Of a stretch of 64,000 nucleotides of DNA, positions 11,315 through 26,041 are shown in pieces (within the stretch, counting starts at the first letter, position 1; each line of letters opens with the position of its first letter). The stretch is from Octopus sinensis. Taxonomy: Eukaryota. The notes under the pieces were generated by a model. It made no database searches and was not told the DNA's origin. It saw nothing but the letters and a program-made list of their open reading frames with translations. Location: contig NC_042997.1 of the NCBI RefSeq assembly GCF_006345805.1, forward strand, positions 120,714,001-120,778,000, in the 5' to 3' direction. Position numbers and translations under genes: made by a program.

Positions 11315-12539
11315 TAGACATATTTAATTTTCAAAATGTCTGAGCTAAACGTCTTAATATGTTTTCAACGTGTAGAATTTACAATTGAATTATTCTTTGT
11401 CATTCCAGGTGCCGTTGTATCAAATATATGCGAAGAGTAACCATGCTAAGCACAAAAAATTCAGCAGAACCGCCAAATATTCAAAGAGGTTTTTTTGTTG
11501 GGGAATCTGAGGCTGGTCTTAGTCAGTGAAAAATTGCCAAAAAATCTTCGAATTCCTATTGCTACTGTTAATAGAATGATAGTGCAATTCAAAAGCCAAG
11601 GACATGAATCAAAAGATTCTCGTTCCGGGCGACCTGGTCCCTTGGAAAGGAAGTTTCGCTGTTTGAAGAGAATTGTGGAAAACGAACTTCGTTCAAAGGC
11701 ATCTGACATTGAAAAACAGCTAGAATTTAGTGCAAGAACGTGTGTTACATATTTGCATAAGCTTGGGTATTATGGACGAGCAGCTTCAAGAAAACCTCTC
11801 CTTTAACCAAATAATATCATGAAAAGAAAGAAATGGGCTAAGGAGATGTCAGAAGAATCCAGTTCATTTGAGTGACTTTCTCAGATGAATCCAGATGAGC
11901 ATTATTTCTAGACAGCGGACGTGTTTGGATTTGTGGGGGCTTCCCAATAAAAAATTTGATTTGAAACGACTCTAACCGACTGTTAAACATGGATGTATCT
12001 CTGTAATTGCATGGGGAGCTGTCATCAGCAATGATCGTTCTGAGCTGATCGAATGTGTCGGAATCATAAACTCTGAAAAAACATCGAAATACTTAAGAAA
12101 GGGATGCTTCCGGTGTATTCACACGATAACATAACGGAAAATGAGATTTTACTGATGGACGATGTGGCTCCATGCCAAAAGGCGAAAAGGGATCAGCAGT
12201 GGCTGACTGAAAATGGGATCAAAAATCTTCCTTGGGCGAACCAATATCCTGAAATGAAACCAACTGAAAATCTTTGGAGCATACTAAATAGAGCTATACG
12301 AAAATCTCGACAGAACCCTAAAACTAATGATGAATAGTTTCGATTGTTGCGTGAAAAGTGGGCAGAAATTCCACAAGGAACAGTCACAAAGCTCATCGGT
12401 TCAATGCCAAGAAGAGTTTCTGAATTAGAAACTGCAAAGGGAATGTCAACTAAATACTAATGTACTCCTATCTATCGATTAAATTTCAATTGTTCGCTTT
12501 GTGTATTAAATAAAAGATTTTGAAAATGAAAAGTGCCTA
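11315..12539 (+). mobile_element. Tc1-like (DD34E) DNA transposon, decayed
   Basis: The transposase relic below, plus degenerate inverted ends TAGACATATTTAATTTTCAAAATG (11315-11338) and GATTTTGAAAATGAAAAGTGCCTA (12516-12539), matching at 19 of 24 positions. Both sides are embedded in (TA)n. Confidence 0.85.
11443..12460 (+). pseudogene. Tc1 transposase pseudogene
   Basis: RSGRP, LHKLGYYGRAASRKPLL, FSDES, TVKHG..SVIAWG, MDDVAPCQ (cf. QDNAPCH), WANQYPEMKPTENLWS (cf. WPxQSPDLNPIENLW), SMPRRV..LETAKGMSTKY*. Confidence 0.9.
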
Positions 12540-12856
12540 TATATATATATATATATTTACGTATATATATATATATATATATATATACGTATATACATAC
12601 ATATATAGGTTTGAAGATGCAAACAAGTTAAGTAGAACTCAAAATATGTGTATATTTTTTATTCATAATTAACAGAAGTAACAGAGTGACTCAAGGTCCA
12701 AGTATTTTGTGCTTTGGCGAGCATATAGGGGTATGGGTGTATACACACACACAAACAAACGCACACACGCTGACACACATACATACATATATATGATAAG
12801 TGCCAACGTACGAAATTCTCGGAACTTGAGTCAGTTTGCTACTCCTGCTAAATGTC

Positions 12857-12857
<1 letters not shown>

Positions 12858-12953
<96 letters not shown>

Positions 12954-12955
12954 GT
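12858..12955. repeat. (TA)n microsatellite
   Basis: Direct reading. Confidence 0.95.
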
Positions 12956-14747
12956 ATATATACTCATAAATAATTAAATAATTGCATACGATTATACATA
13001 TATATGTTTGTTTCTCTATTTGTGCCCATTTGTTTCGTTAAAAACTGACTCTAGACATGCTTATAATTTCTTTTATGTGAATAAATATGTCGATTTGTGT
13101 TAGTGCCAACATTAAGCACTGCATACATCTGTGTGCTGTGCTGTTACTAATATCTGGACATTATATTGCTTCATTTACGACCGATTTGTTGAATTATTAC
13201 CTCTTCTATAGATAATGGCCAGGCGAAATTATACTGAGAACATAAGCTATAAAATGCACGGCAACATGAATATCCCACATGTAATACGACTATACTTTAT
13301 TTATAGGAATTCTAATGTATTATTTTGCTATTAATATGAAAAAGCGTATGCTAGTACCGGAAAAAATATAAGAAAATTATAGTAGAGTTTTGAAAGTACT
13401 AACGATGCGTAATTGCAACGTTATCAATAAGTCTGTATTATTGGTTTCTTTTCGAGATATTTCCGCAAATATTAGCAGTAAAATGAATAGATTAAAAATG
13501 CGCTCAGACACACATAGCAATGATGCTTTCCTACAAATGTTTTGATTGAAAATATCTTTGCGTGCTTCGTCTGGGGACGTAGACATAGTACTTGCATGTA
13601 CGTGTACAATAAAGCATTTGTTTGATGTCATGCAAACACAAGCGGTTTTTTCTTCAAACACATTTTAACCTGTAGTAAAGCAATTACTACACATTGCGTA
13701 TTTCTGTAGAGGGTAGCCCATATAATTTGATCTTTACCATACTTTTATCACTTTAGCATTGATGGTTAAATGATATACCCCTTTAAATCGCTAGACACGA
13801 TGAAACTTTCAAACATCTTTATATCTTGAATTTTTTTATCTCGTTACAGTCACCTTCACAGCCCATAGATTATTGGATAACTACAGGCAAGACAACATGC
13901 AAAAATGTCTCCGCTGCTTTAATTTCTACAGATTTTCGACTTTCATAGAATTTCTGGAAAACCCTGCTTGAGATAATGCACTTGACACTTGATAGATTAG
14001 TTGACTAACATCATGGTTCTGTTCTCATCCTTCTTTATCCACCAGGCAACAGAAGCTCGTACAACCATCACTTTGACTAGTTCAACCACAGCTGAGTGGC
14101 ACAATAATGTCTTGGTGACCCAAAGGATTTCCTTTGACTCATCTGCTCCGTTAATTTACACTTGTTTGACATGTAAGACAATCATGAAAGGAAATGATAG
14201 AGATTTTAACGCTACGGGATCGCTATTTACATCACATTGTAAGCTATAGCAAAGAATAACCTTTAATTTCTCCCACAAGCCGGAACACTTTCACATCTTA
14301 GCACACTTATTTTGGTTTTATAAGAATCAGATGATCTGAAAGCCACTTCGCTTACTTTATTCATCGACTCTAATCACTGAAACAATGAGGAATTCGGAGA
14401 AAGAGTTTGTATTCGAATCAGCAACACTTTTGAAAGCTTTAAAACAATTTTGCTTCATGTTTGGCTTCTTGATTGGTTCTTTCTTATAAGGCAATTTATC
14501 TTCAAGGTGGAGTATATAATTAGCCATAATTTCCTATAGCAACTCTGATGAACAGCAATGGCTTTCCAGACCATTTGTCAACTTTGATCTAAACAAAGTA
14601 ACATTTTCACTGTCACTTCTAAAAATACACATTTGTATAATGCCTACAACTCTATTGTCACTCCTTAACTATTCTCGTTAATAGACTTGAATATATCAAA
14701 TTGAGAAATGAAAATTTATATTGGAGTTAATTTCTCGATGCGTATAA

Positions 14748-14996
14748 GGAGCTCAGCTGGCAGAATTGTTAGCATGCTGTGAAAATACTTGGCGGCATTT
14801 CACTTGTCTGCGTTCGAATGCTACCTGGATCAATTTTGGCTTTCATCTTTACGGGGGGGGGGCGACAAAATAAGTGCCAGTGGAATTTTGGGGTCGATGT
14901 AATAGACTTAACTCTTAAAATTTGATATTGATTATTTGATTAAAGGCAGTGCTCTAGCATGGCCACAATCAAATGACTGAAACAAGTAATAAAGTA
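14748..14996 (+). mobile_element. SINE family A fragment followed by a family B 3' tail fragment
   Basis: GAGCTCAGCTGGCAGAATTGTTAGCATGC...GCTTTCATCTTT...GGGGTCGATGTAATAGACTT, then TTAAAGGCAGTGCTCTAGCATGGCCACAATCAAATGACTGAAACAAG. Confidence 0.65.
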
Positions 14997-15549
14997 TCAA
15001 ATAGACTGCCTTATACCACACCGCGTATACACATGTAGAATACGGAAATAGAATATTGAGAATCCCAGCAAAAATTAGGTCACACGCTTTTCCTTGATTT
15101 CTGAAAGAAATTTCTACATCCGCCCTCGGTTGCAATTATTTTCCGCTTTCTTTCGTAATTCCTACAAGAATCAAAATAGTTAGCCAAGTGGGCCAATAAG
15201 GAATATCCGTTTTCTTTCTCTTGGAAGCAAAACTCTATTTCAGCAAGAATTCTTCCTAATTATCTCTTCAGTGATTGATACCCTCTAGACTTCGGATTAG
15301 AATGAAGGAAAGATTTCCACTTGCATTAAATAATACATCAGCTGTTACGCCATTGTATCTCACGGCTTTTGTGATGTATCCTGACGCATTGATCACTGGT
15401 TTAAACCTACGCAATGCTACCTATCTAATTTTATATAATTATGTCCCATGGTAAATATAAATATTAAACGTTTTATTTAATATAAGACAATGTGAATTTC
15501 ATTCACGTTTTGGAATACATTTTGCTTTGTAGTATTCTTCGTTTCACCG

Positions 15550-16092
<543 letters not shown>

Positions 16093-16904
16093 GCTATCAG
16101 TCTATCGGTCTAGACATCTATCTACTTATATATCTATGTGTGTGTCTGTCGTGTCCGTCTGTCTGCTTGTCTTTGTATCTACCTGACATTTTATATAACT
16201 ATGCAACATGCTTTGTAGCCGTCTGTACATCATACTCTTTACCTCTTTAACAATCTATCTCCGTACCAATTACCAATCTCTCCTTCTCTCTCCTTTTTTT
16301 CTCTTTCAATCTTTGTGTATCTCTGTACCTCTGTTTTTGAAATTTTCTATATTACATTACATTAGACTATGGTATGAAACGGCGTCAGCTTCGCAGAGCA
16401 GGAAATTAAAGAAGAATTTTCACAAAACATCTTCAAAAAATAGATGAAATAAAAAAAAATATTGTCAAAGCTAACTAAAATATTAATGTAAACCTAGACT
16501 GAAATATTTCGTGCACGTCTAAATATTTCGACGTTTCGTCGTATTATATATGAATGAGGAAAAGGACCTCATTGGTTTTAAATACATTTTTCACAGCTTG
16601 CTTTAACATTTTCTATTGAGTAACTTGCAATTGTATAGGAGAAAGAGAGCCTGTATGTGTGCACCTTTTTACAAGCATGTCTCACAAATACGTAAAAAAT
16701 CACTTTTTATTCATGCTTGCGTTGAGGAGTAGCAAAAGTGTGGTGCTTGCTTCAGGTTAGCTTTCTATGGTTGGATTCTGTTGACATGTAGTGACGTGTA
16801 ATTATGAAGAAATTTCCTTCATCGTTAAGGCCTATTTCTGTTGATATTTAGATATGTAAAAACATGACTTTCACACATTTCACCTTTTTTTAATCTTTTA
16901 TCTA

Positions 16905-17326
16905 TTATTTGTTTCAGTCATTAGACTGCTGCCATGCTGAGCCACCGCCATGAAAGTCTTTTTGTTCGAATAAATCGACCCCAGTGCCTGTTGTTTCAGC
17001 CTGGTGCTTATCCTATTGCTCTCTTTACCGAATCGTCAAGTTACGAGGGAGAAAACACACCGGCAACGATTTTCAACCTCTCCCGAGGGACAGACTCTCA
17101 CACAAACACAGACACACACATGCGCACACATACATATATGCATATACATGACGGGATTCTTTCACACATACATAGACACACACTCACACACACATATATA
17201 AATACGACGGGCTTCTTTCAGTTTCCATCTACCACATCCACTGACAAGGCTTTGATCAGCTTGAGCTTATACCAAAAAATACTTGCCCATGGTGCCACGC
17301 AGTGGGACTGAACTGAAACCATGTGA
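16905..17326 (-). mobile_element. SINE family B with internal CA/TA repeat
   Basis: Reverse complement of the 54207-54576 family: TTGTTTCAGTCATT...ATCGACCCCAG...ACGACGGGCTTCTTTCAGTTTCC...GGTGCCACGCAGTGGGACTGAAC. Confidence 0.8.
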
Positions 17327-18600
17327 TGTCCCATTTTCAATAACACAGATCTCAGTCGTAAAGGGTCGACAGTGTTGCAAACAAGCTACCTATTAATGAT
17401 TTGAATACTGCAAGTGGTTATTAATAATTAAGCAGACTGTAGATTCTAAGAAGTTCTTGGCGCCCGTTTCCTCATTTTAACAAAGGTATCTCCAGGTGCG
17501 AAAATTAGTGATAATTGCGCAAGAGAGTCAACATCACTTATTGAATGTCAGTTTTGCGCTCATCTGCTATACAAATCAGTTGTTTTGTGCATTTCCAAGG
17601 TTACTAAATTCTGACAACTGATTGAGTTTTAGAAGTAGCGACTATATGTGTATTATTAAGAAGTAGGTAATCCTACTGACGTCAAATTACTTTATTTTAA
17701 AATGCTTCACTTCCACATCTTAAAACAGATAAAATAAATTGGTAACATTCTTATCACCAATTTTCAACATGCTACGGTTCCTACTAATTATAGTTTTTAC
17801 ATCCTTTTTATCATTCTGTTTGCTACTCAAGTCTATAATTTGTCTTGATATTTCTTTATCGCAATTTCCTCTTCCGTTTTGATTTGTTTTAATGCCAGAA
17901 TACGCGTTCCTTCGCGAACATGTAATATTACATTCATTCCTTTCTGTCCATGATATATGATCACAGGCTATGATTTCTTGGTAGCTCTTCTACATCTTCC
18001 ACTATAGCTACTTCGAAATTGTTTGATCTGCACAACATGTATCGGCGCAATGAAAAGAATATCTCTCACACCACAAAAAGAAAGTTTAGATAATGGTCCT
18101 CTGGTAACCTGAAAACTATGTTGTCAGGAGGAAAGATCGGCTAATAATAGCAATGCAGCATACAAAGAATTTGAAGTGACTAGATGTCAAATCATAAACT
18201 AACACAAGCTGTCGCATATCATTTACTGAATGCATAAAGCTGTGATCATATTTCTCCATAAGAAACGCCGTCAAATCGCACAAAACATCAGCGATCAGAA
18301 TTATATGCATCCAATGGTGATGTTCTTGTTTTCGTTAATAAATTTCCGTCAATGATAAGTTAGCGCATGCTTATCAAAATAAAACATTCAGCTAAAGCTT
18401 CTTTTAATATTGCATGTATCATGTAGATGCAGCACGGAATTTTGTCATTGAAGAGGTCGCTGTTTCAAAGCGACGAAAACATTTTGGTAAGTTAAATTTA
18501 AATGTTGAACTGAATCTAACGGTTTTTGTGTGTTTCTTAAAAGTCTTATAAGCACCTTCCACTCTGCAATTGTGCTCATTTATAACTATTAATATTATAA

Positions 18601-18814
18601 TCTTTTACTTGCTGCAGTCATTTGTCTGCGGTCATGATAGAGCATTGTATGAGTCGAAGTAATCGACCCCAGGACATATCATTTGTAAACCTGGTACTTC
18701 TTCTAGTGTCACTTTTGCTGAACCGCTAAGTGACGGTGTCATAAACACACCAGCATCAGTTGTCAAGCGATGACGAGTGGACAAACATAAATAAACATAT
18801 TCAAATACACACAT

Positions 18815-18900
<86 letters not shown>

Positions 18901-18913
18901 GTGTGTGTGTGTG

Positions 18914-18964
<51 letters not shown>

Positions 18965-19128
18965 GACAAGTTTCTTTCAGTTTCCGTCTACCTAATCCAC
19001 TCACTCAGCTTTGGTCGACTCGAGGCTATATTAGAAAACACTTGCCCCAAGATGCCACGCGGTTGAATTGAACTGGGAATCATGAGGTTGAGAAGCAACC
19101 TTCTTAACATACAGCCACGCTTGCGCCT
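18601..19128 (-). mobile_element. SINE family B with expanded internal microsatellite
   Basis: The 3' part (18601-18790) and head (18963-19128, ending CAGCCACGCTTGCGCCTA) flank about 170 bp of CA/TA/TG repeats. Confidence 0.8.
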
Positions 19129-19281
19129 AAGTTTATATTTTTTTAATATTTTTCATGATATTCAATTTTTACATACTCTATTTTTCTTCCTCATCTTACT
19201 GACTAAACGAACTTAAATACGTACATTTTCGGGCTTCCATACTTTGTATATCATGATCGTCTGATGATCGCATGTATTACC

Positions 19282-19481
19282 TATTTCTTTACTACCCACA
19301 GGGGGCTAAACACAGAGAGGACAAACAAGGACAGACAAACGAAATAAGTCGATTAATCGACCCCGAAAGGATGAAAGGCAAAGTCGACCTCGGCGGTATT
19401 TGAACTCAGAACGTAACGGCAGACGACATACGACTACGCCTTTCGACCGGCGTGCTAACGTTTCTGCCAGCTCGTCGCCTT
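19282..19481 (-). mobile_element. SINE family A with internal deletion
   Basis: Reverse complement of 2111-2339, lacking the segment between the two ATCGACCCC motifs. Confidence 0.85.
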
Positions 19482-19874
19482 AGATGGCATATATTATCTT
19501 TCTTTATTTGCATTAATTTGCAAATATACAGTTGTATTGCATAATGCTGAGCTCAGATAATGATGCAATCATAAGAACATAATTTCGTCCATAACAAAAT
19601 TGATACTACACGAAAAGGTTGCCATATTGCTGTAATCCTAAGAATGTTATGGGGTTGAATAGAAATATATTCATCTCTCATACCTCTTGAAATTATTGCT
19701 CCATATATTCCACATGAAATAATTTCATTGGTCGAATTTTATGGATTTTCAGTTACATAAACATTCTATGTTGCTCTCTTTTGTAATTCATAACTGCGTG
19801 GTCGGTTTGCCACGTCTGCAGAGGAACTTTCTGTGTTAGCCGCACAATTCTCTGAATCCACATCATTCATACAT

Positions 19875-20246
<372 letters not shown>

Positions 20247-23200
20247 GATGCCACATGTTTGAAAGCGGTTGCCAAAATATAACCGAGTACAACCACACAG
20301 TTCAAAATCAGAGAAGTAAAAAGCCCATTGGCGTTGTGCTCCTTGGATTGGGAACAAAATGTACCTCAACGATGTGGGGGGATATTTGCCCACAGAAGAA
20401 CGAGATACTGGAGGTAATAGTTTGGTGGAATTAGAGATATTTTGAGTGGAGTTCGAACGGAACTAGTGTTTGAGGATTCCTTCTGTAATCATCAGTGGTC
20501 GTGTATATGTGTATGTGCTAATATTTATCATAGATTTACCGCAAGGCTGAAAAATTGCTGAGACAGCTTGACTGCTTAAATTCAGAATAAGTATGAGTTT
20601 ATTATAGAAGATATTAATTAGACAGAGTATAGTTTTGATTCATAAATCATGCGCACGTGTTTATGATTTTTCCAGAGGAATACTATGGAACAAGAAGAGT
20701 AGTTAATCGATATTTTAATGAAAACCTGTAATTCAAGTTCGTATAAGTTGAAGAGCAAAAACATAAAAACTTCAGGCTTATATAGAAACTCATTATTCTT
20801 CGACAGAAGAGTAATTTTGAAAGTTGGCATCCCTTTTCAATGACTCGGTCAAGATTATCTTCAGTATTGAGAAATCACGAAAAACCAGACACCGGTAATG
20901 ACTATTGTCACGTAGGTTTTCAAGAGATTATGTGCTGTAATAAAACACGAAAGAAAGAAAAGAAAAATGCTATCTTAAACTATTCAATTAGGTTTCCTGC
21001 AAGCAAACAAATGTATGTCTGCAGAGTTACATGATCCGTTCTCCAAACTCCCATTTGTTATATTTACCCCCATTTTATTTGTTAAACTCGGAATCATGGA
21101 AATGTTTTCTAAGTTTCTTGCAACATTACTGCATCATATACACCAAGGCTGAATAGACGTCTGCGTTCATTGTATATAACCACAATGCATCTGTAAAAAT
21201 CTGCATGGTAAATCAACCAAGCACTTCCAAAACAGTCGGGCTTGAGTGATTGTCGCTGTTGTAGTGCGAAAATGCTTTGCATTCTAACTGGATCATTAAT
21301 GATTGGCATCACAACTAAATTTAATTGAGAATTTCTGTTGCGATGTGTGTATGTGTGTGCAATATGTGTATGCATGGAAACACAGGCCCAGACGTACACA
21401 CAAATTACATACTCATTCCAGATTATTTGTAGCTCTGTTTATTCTATAGCATAAGACTGATTTAATATTTTTAAAATTATTTTTTATTATCAGGTAAAAT
21501 TTTAATTCGTTATCGTATATATTATTATATGATTTGTAAAGATTTTTAATTGAAAACATTTTTCAGTGATAAATGAATATTGTAAATGTATCAAAGTTTT
21601 CACTAAGAACGAAAGAGAAGCAAATTAGATTTCATTATCGAATAATCAAATCATTTCTGTATATTAGGATTATTTAATTTTTATTTACTTTGCTGTAAAA
21701 TACATAGCTTCGGGGAAGGGCAAGTTAGCTAACCTGCAAATAATGAATTACTCTCTATTTGTAAAGATGTTTTTATTTTAAATTCATAAACAATGTAAAA
21801 ATTATTATTAAAAATTTTCCTAATATTTTCCACAATATCTGGGAATTACAGTCGAATAGAAAGTTCTTTAGCTTACAGAAATCCTGATGTTACATACTTA
21901 ATATATCGAAGTTAATTAAACCTGCATCTTGTCATCTGACATTAGATTTTAAATATTTACAGCTTTATAGTCTTAGATGGTCCCATATTTTATTATAAAT
22001 TTTACTCATTAATTTTAATGTCAAAAGGATTTTCCATATGAATGGATATATTGCCGTCTTTGAAATAATTCTTTTTGACAGTATAGTGGCCCTATATAAT
22101 ATAAAAAGAAATCATCATGACACATTTCCCATATCTTGAAGCTGCTTATGTGAGATGTATAGCTTAATATCTGAATATATTCACTTTGGATTTCTTTTGT
22201 TTAATTTGAATATTAGTTATTATAAGACGAGCAACAACACAAGCAACGCTAATTAAACTGGAATCGACCAGAGATGTTACACAAATGTGGAGGAAAATTA
22301 CCATGTCTGAAATACCTATTTTGTTTCATTTTATATAAATGTGGATAAGGTGTGTATAAGACGGAGATATTATTACAAGAAAACAAAATGGTTGTTTTTA
22401 TTTTGAAAAAACTGTTATTTTATATAAATCGTTAATAGAAGACTACTCTGGTGATTTCGATCCGCGAATATTATTCGAAAAAGTTTTCAAAGTTATGCCT
22501 TTGTATTTATTTATCTGTTGTGCATCGAGTTGAAAACAACCTGGCATTATTATTCACTTAAATTATGGAAACGTTTTTATTTTCAATGAAATACAGAAAA
22601 CATTCTACCTCTGATGTTTTCGTACAAGTTGAAATCATGTAACGTATCAGCTTAGGAATCTGTAATGATAATTCTAAAATGGACATTTAAGTGAGTTACC
22701 TAACCACGATGGCTTTTAGAGAAAGTAAAATTATAAAATTCCGATCAATATTACTGAGTTAGTTTGCTTGAATTTTCAATAAACTTACCATATCTTATCT
22801 ATGTTCTAAATTTATATTTTCAGTGGTATACGTTAGTATCAGAATGAATATATAAAGATCTAGCGATTACACTTTCCTTTAATATTAAATTTTAAAAAAT
22901 ATTTATTAATATAAGTAAGCCTTATCGACAATGATTGTTTAGACGTCGGTATGATAATATGATTGAATAATATTCAGATGGAATATTATGATGGTTGTAT
23001 AAACGTGCTGCGGTTTATGAAAATAAATTTGATTTTCGCTACACGTGCTATACATTATGTTACTCGAATGAAATAGAGATATTCATCTGAGAGTCGTTTT
23101 TAAAGAAGTTTACTTTAAGCTTGTTTGCACATGTAAATATGCGCATGCAGAATAAAGTAATAAAATATCAACATCTAGGGACAAACGTGGGTGAGGTTTA

Positions 23201-25660
23201 CCGTGATGTATCAGTTGCTGCCATATTTTCTCAATATCGTTAGTTTTTTAAACAGCATCATTTTTGCATCAACATCTGTTGTAACACTTCCTAACTGCAG
23301 CTCACCAGTCATAATTATTTGAAATAAAAGAATGCTCATTAGATAAATTTAATTTTTTCAGGACAGTACTATGCAGTTGCAGCTGAAAGACGTTTCTAAA
23401 TATTTATAAATAAGATTGTCCAAAGACTACATAATTTATCACAAAGCGCATTGAAATGTAGTGTACGGCTGACATAAGACATACGGTTGCCAAGTAGTTT
23501 GTCGAGCTATACGACATGCGCTTAAACAATACGGTCTCCTTTTTCTTCTGGTAGATGCTGAGAAATCTATCATAAGTATTATCATTGATCTTCGGACTCA
23601 TTTAAAAAGTATCGAGTTGAGTATTTCATCGGTTCTTTCTTTATAAACCTTGACTTATAAAATTCCCACGTGAGGTTAGAAATGAGAACACAAAGGGACA
23701 CAGCTAATGCGACACTAATATTTACCCACGCCTCTTCTGATTCTGATTCTGCCAACTCATAAATTGTGCTCGTAGCATAGAATATAACATTCTTTAAATC
23801 CTATTTCTGGAAATAAGGAAAGCGATAATGTTTCTTCATATTTAAGTTTCATTTCAAATCATAATTATATATTTTATATGTCAGAAATCTTAGTTTTTAA
23901 AATGATATCAGACAAGTTTTTCTTCTGTTTATCTTTGAAGCTTTGAATAAATATATGACAGAATTATGTGTCACAAAATAATAGCAATGTTGACGAACAG
24001 AGGATATACAGACAGCTTGTAATTATACCCTATTCTAGAGGGTTCTATCAAAGAGTTGTGAACCAAAATGTTTCAATTTAATTCGAAATAAGTTGGAATT
24101 TGTGTTACAAAGTAAAAAAGTTCTGTATATTTTCTAGAAACAATAAACAGGATGTTTCGAACCAATAATTACCACAAAGATAATAACGACGTAACCTTTG
24201 CTACCCAAGAAATCAATCACCTTTTTTTAAAAATATTTTTCGTTTATGTCAACAATATTGCATTGATTTTATATTTTGAATATTAAAATAGAGAGAATCG
24301 GATGATTATAGATTTGAAATAAAAATAATAGAGGTGATTGTGATATGATGGGAATCTCTGTTCCGCGGTTTGCAGTGTCATGTCTCCAGTAATGTAGCTT
24401 TCACATTACGTATCATTGAGGTGTGACAATTTTACAACAGTATAATCACATGCAGTCACATGCGCGGTAATTAGGATAACAAATCGTACATAAAGTAATC
24501 TTGAAGGCAGTCTCAGTTGCAATCTGGAGGTCACATCAACTTGAAGAACCCTCGCTAACTAAATACGTCTAACTGTTAAATTAGATTACATATAATATCA
24601 TTTGTTGTCTGAAATGAACAGTAACCGATGCGCCTGTCATATCTTTATGAATATAATGTCTAATGTTGCTTTATACACCAGACAGACGTCCGCATATTTT
24701 CTTATCATAAATGGAAAGAAATGTGTGATAACATATTATTCCATGACACATTTATTAACGTAAATGACACTTGGCTTCATAAAGTAATCACTTGACACTT
24801 ATTTATAATTGACAGTTATTGTGTGGCTAGCATTGGAAATGATATCTCACATTTCACAAGAACCAGAATAAGTATTGATACTGAATGAAGTTGAAATCAA
24901 ATCAATGTTTTATTTTTCAGAATTGGTATGTGTGTTCAGTTATTGTGGAGATACATCGTATATGTTTCTAAATGTTTTATGTTCCACCAACAAACAACTG
25001 TCTTCTCCCTTTACTGTCTTGATAAACGGATATAATGGCCAAACAGCTCGAAAGAATTTGGCATCGATATTGTATGGAAGGGGAAGCGAAGCTAATGTTC
25101 AGTAAGCTGTGATTGTGCATATACAATGATGCCCTTTTCATTAGGTAGAGGTCAGATGTATAGATTTCAGAGATATACTATGTTAGTAATTCGCCCTTGC
25201 AATGGAAAGGAACTGTGTCCGATATATATAAGGAACATTTTATTAAATTACCTGTAAAATTAGTGTTTGAGTGCGGACGGTTAATCATTGAATAATCGCA
25301 AGCATATCCACCTTCATATCTACCTAATATATACTCAAAAAAAGAATTTAATATGTTATGTATTCCTAATTACAATGTTTATGAACAAAGTAAGAAAAAC
25401 TGGACTAGTTGTTTTTGGAATATCTTGCTTCCTCTGTCAGCATTATTATCTTTAACCTAGATTGACACAATAGTTGCATGCATAATGAAAATAATACATT
25501 GAAGGAGACAGATATGATTTCTTTTATTAATAAATATTATAAAACTATGTATTAGATGGACTCATATTATGAGATATATGGGTTAAAATTTCTGAAACGC
25601 TTGCTGCTGCATGTCGTCAAACGTTATAAATAATAAACGTTTAAATATTACGAAACCTCA

Positions 25661-25661
<1 letters not shown>

Positions 25662-25731
<70 letters not shown>
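25662..25731. repeat. (CA)n microsatellite
   Basis: Direct reading. Confidence 0.95.
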
Positions 25732-25733
<2 letters not shown>

Positions 25734-25783
25734 TATACGCAGTCAATGAAATTACAGCCTAGTCTGATTTTCATGTATTAATC

Positions 25784-26041
25784 TTTAAATTCCTTAAATG
25801 GTTTACAATTTTTACAATTTTACATCATTATCATAATAGAATATTAAGTATTTATTGTGATAAAACTAGTACCTTCATGTTTAACGCACTCAGCAGTAGT
25901 AGGGGCGGTTGTTTTCCACAATTGACATCTGTATTGAAATGATGAAATGTGCCTTTTAAATAACTCCCGATAGGCTCAAGCAGGCTGAATCTTATGAACT
26001 GTCTTTTGACCAATAATTATGCAGCTTAGATATCACTGTTT
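25784..26041. repeat. Dispersed ~260-bp direct repeat, copy 1 (copy 2 at 26838-27098)
   Basis: Shared blocks TTTACAATTTTACAT, TGATAAAACTAGTACCTTCATG, CTGTATTGAAATGA, AGCAGGCTGAATCTTATGAACTGTCTTTTGACCAATAA and GCTTAGATATCACTGTTT. Confidence 0.85.

Noticed and set aside
20455-20500. Minus-strand CTGATGA...CAAAC-ACTAGT
   Set aside because: GAAA is missing and stem II is broken; too degenerate to call.
24875-25105. Short ORF with a nearby TTTTCAG acceptor and GTATGT donor (possible micro-exon)
   Set aside because: Such motifs are frequent in AT-rich DNA and there is no protein similarity.
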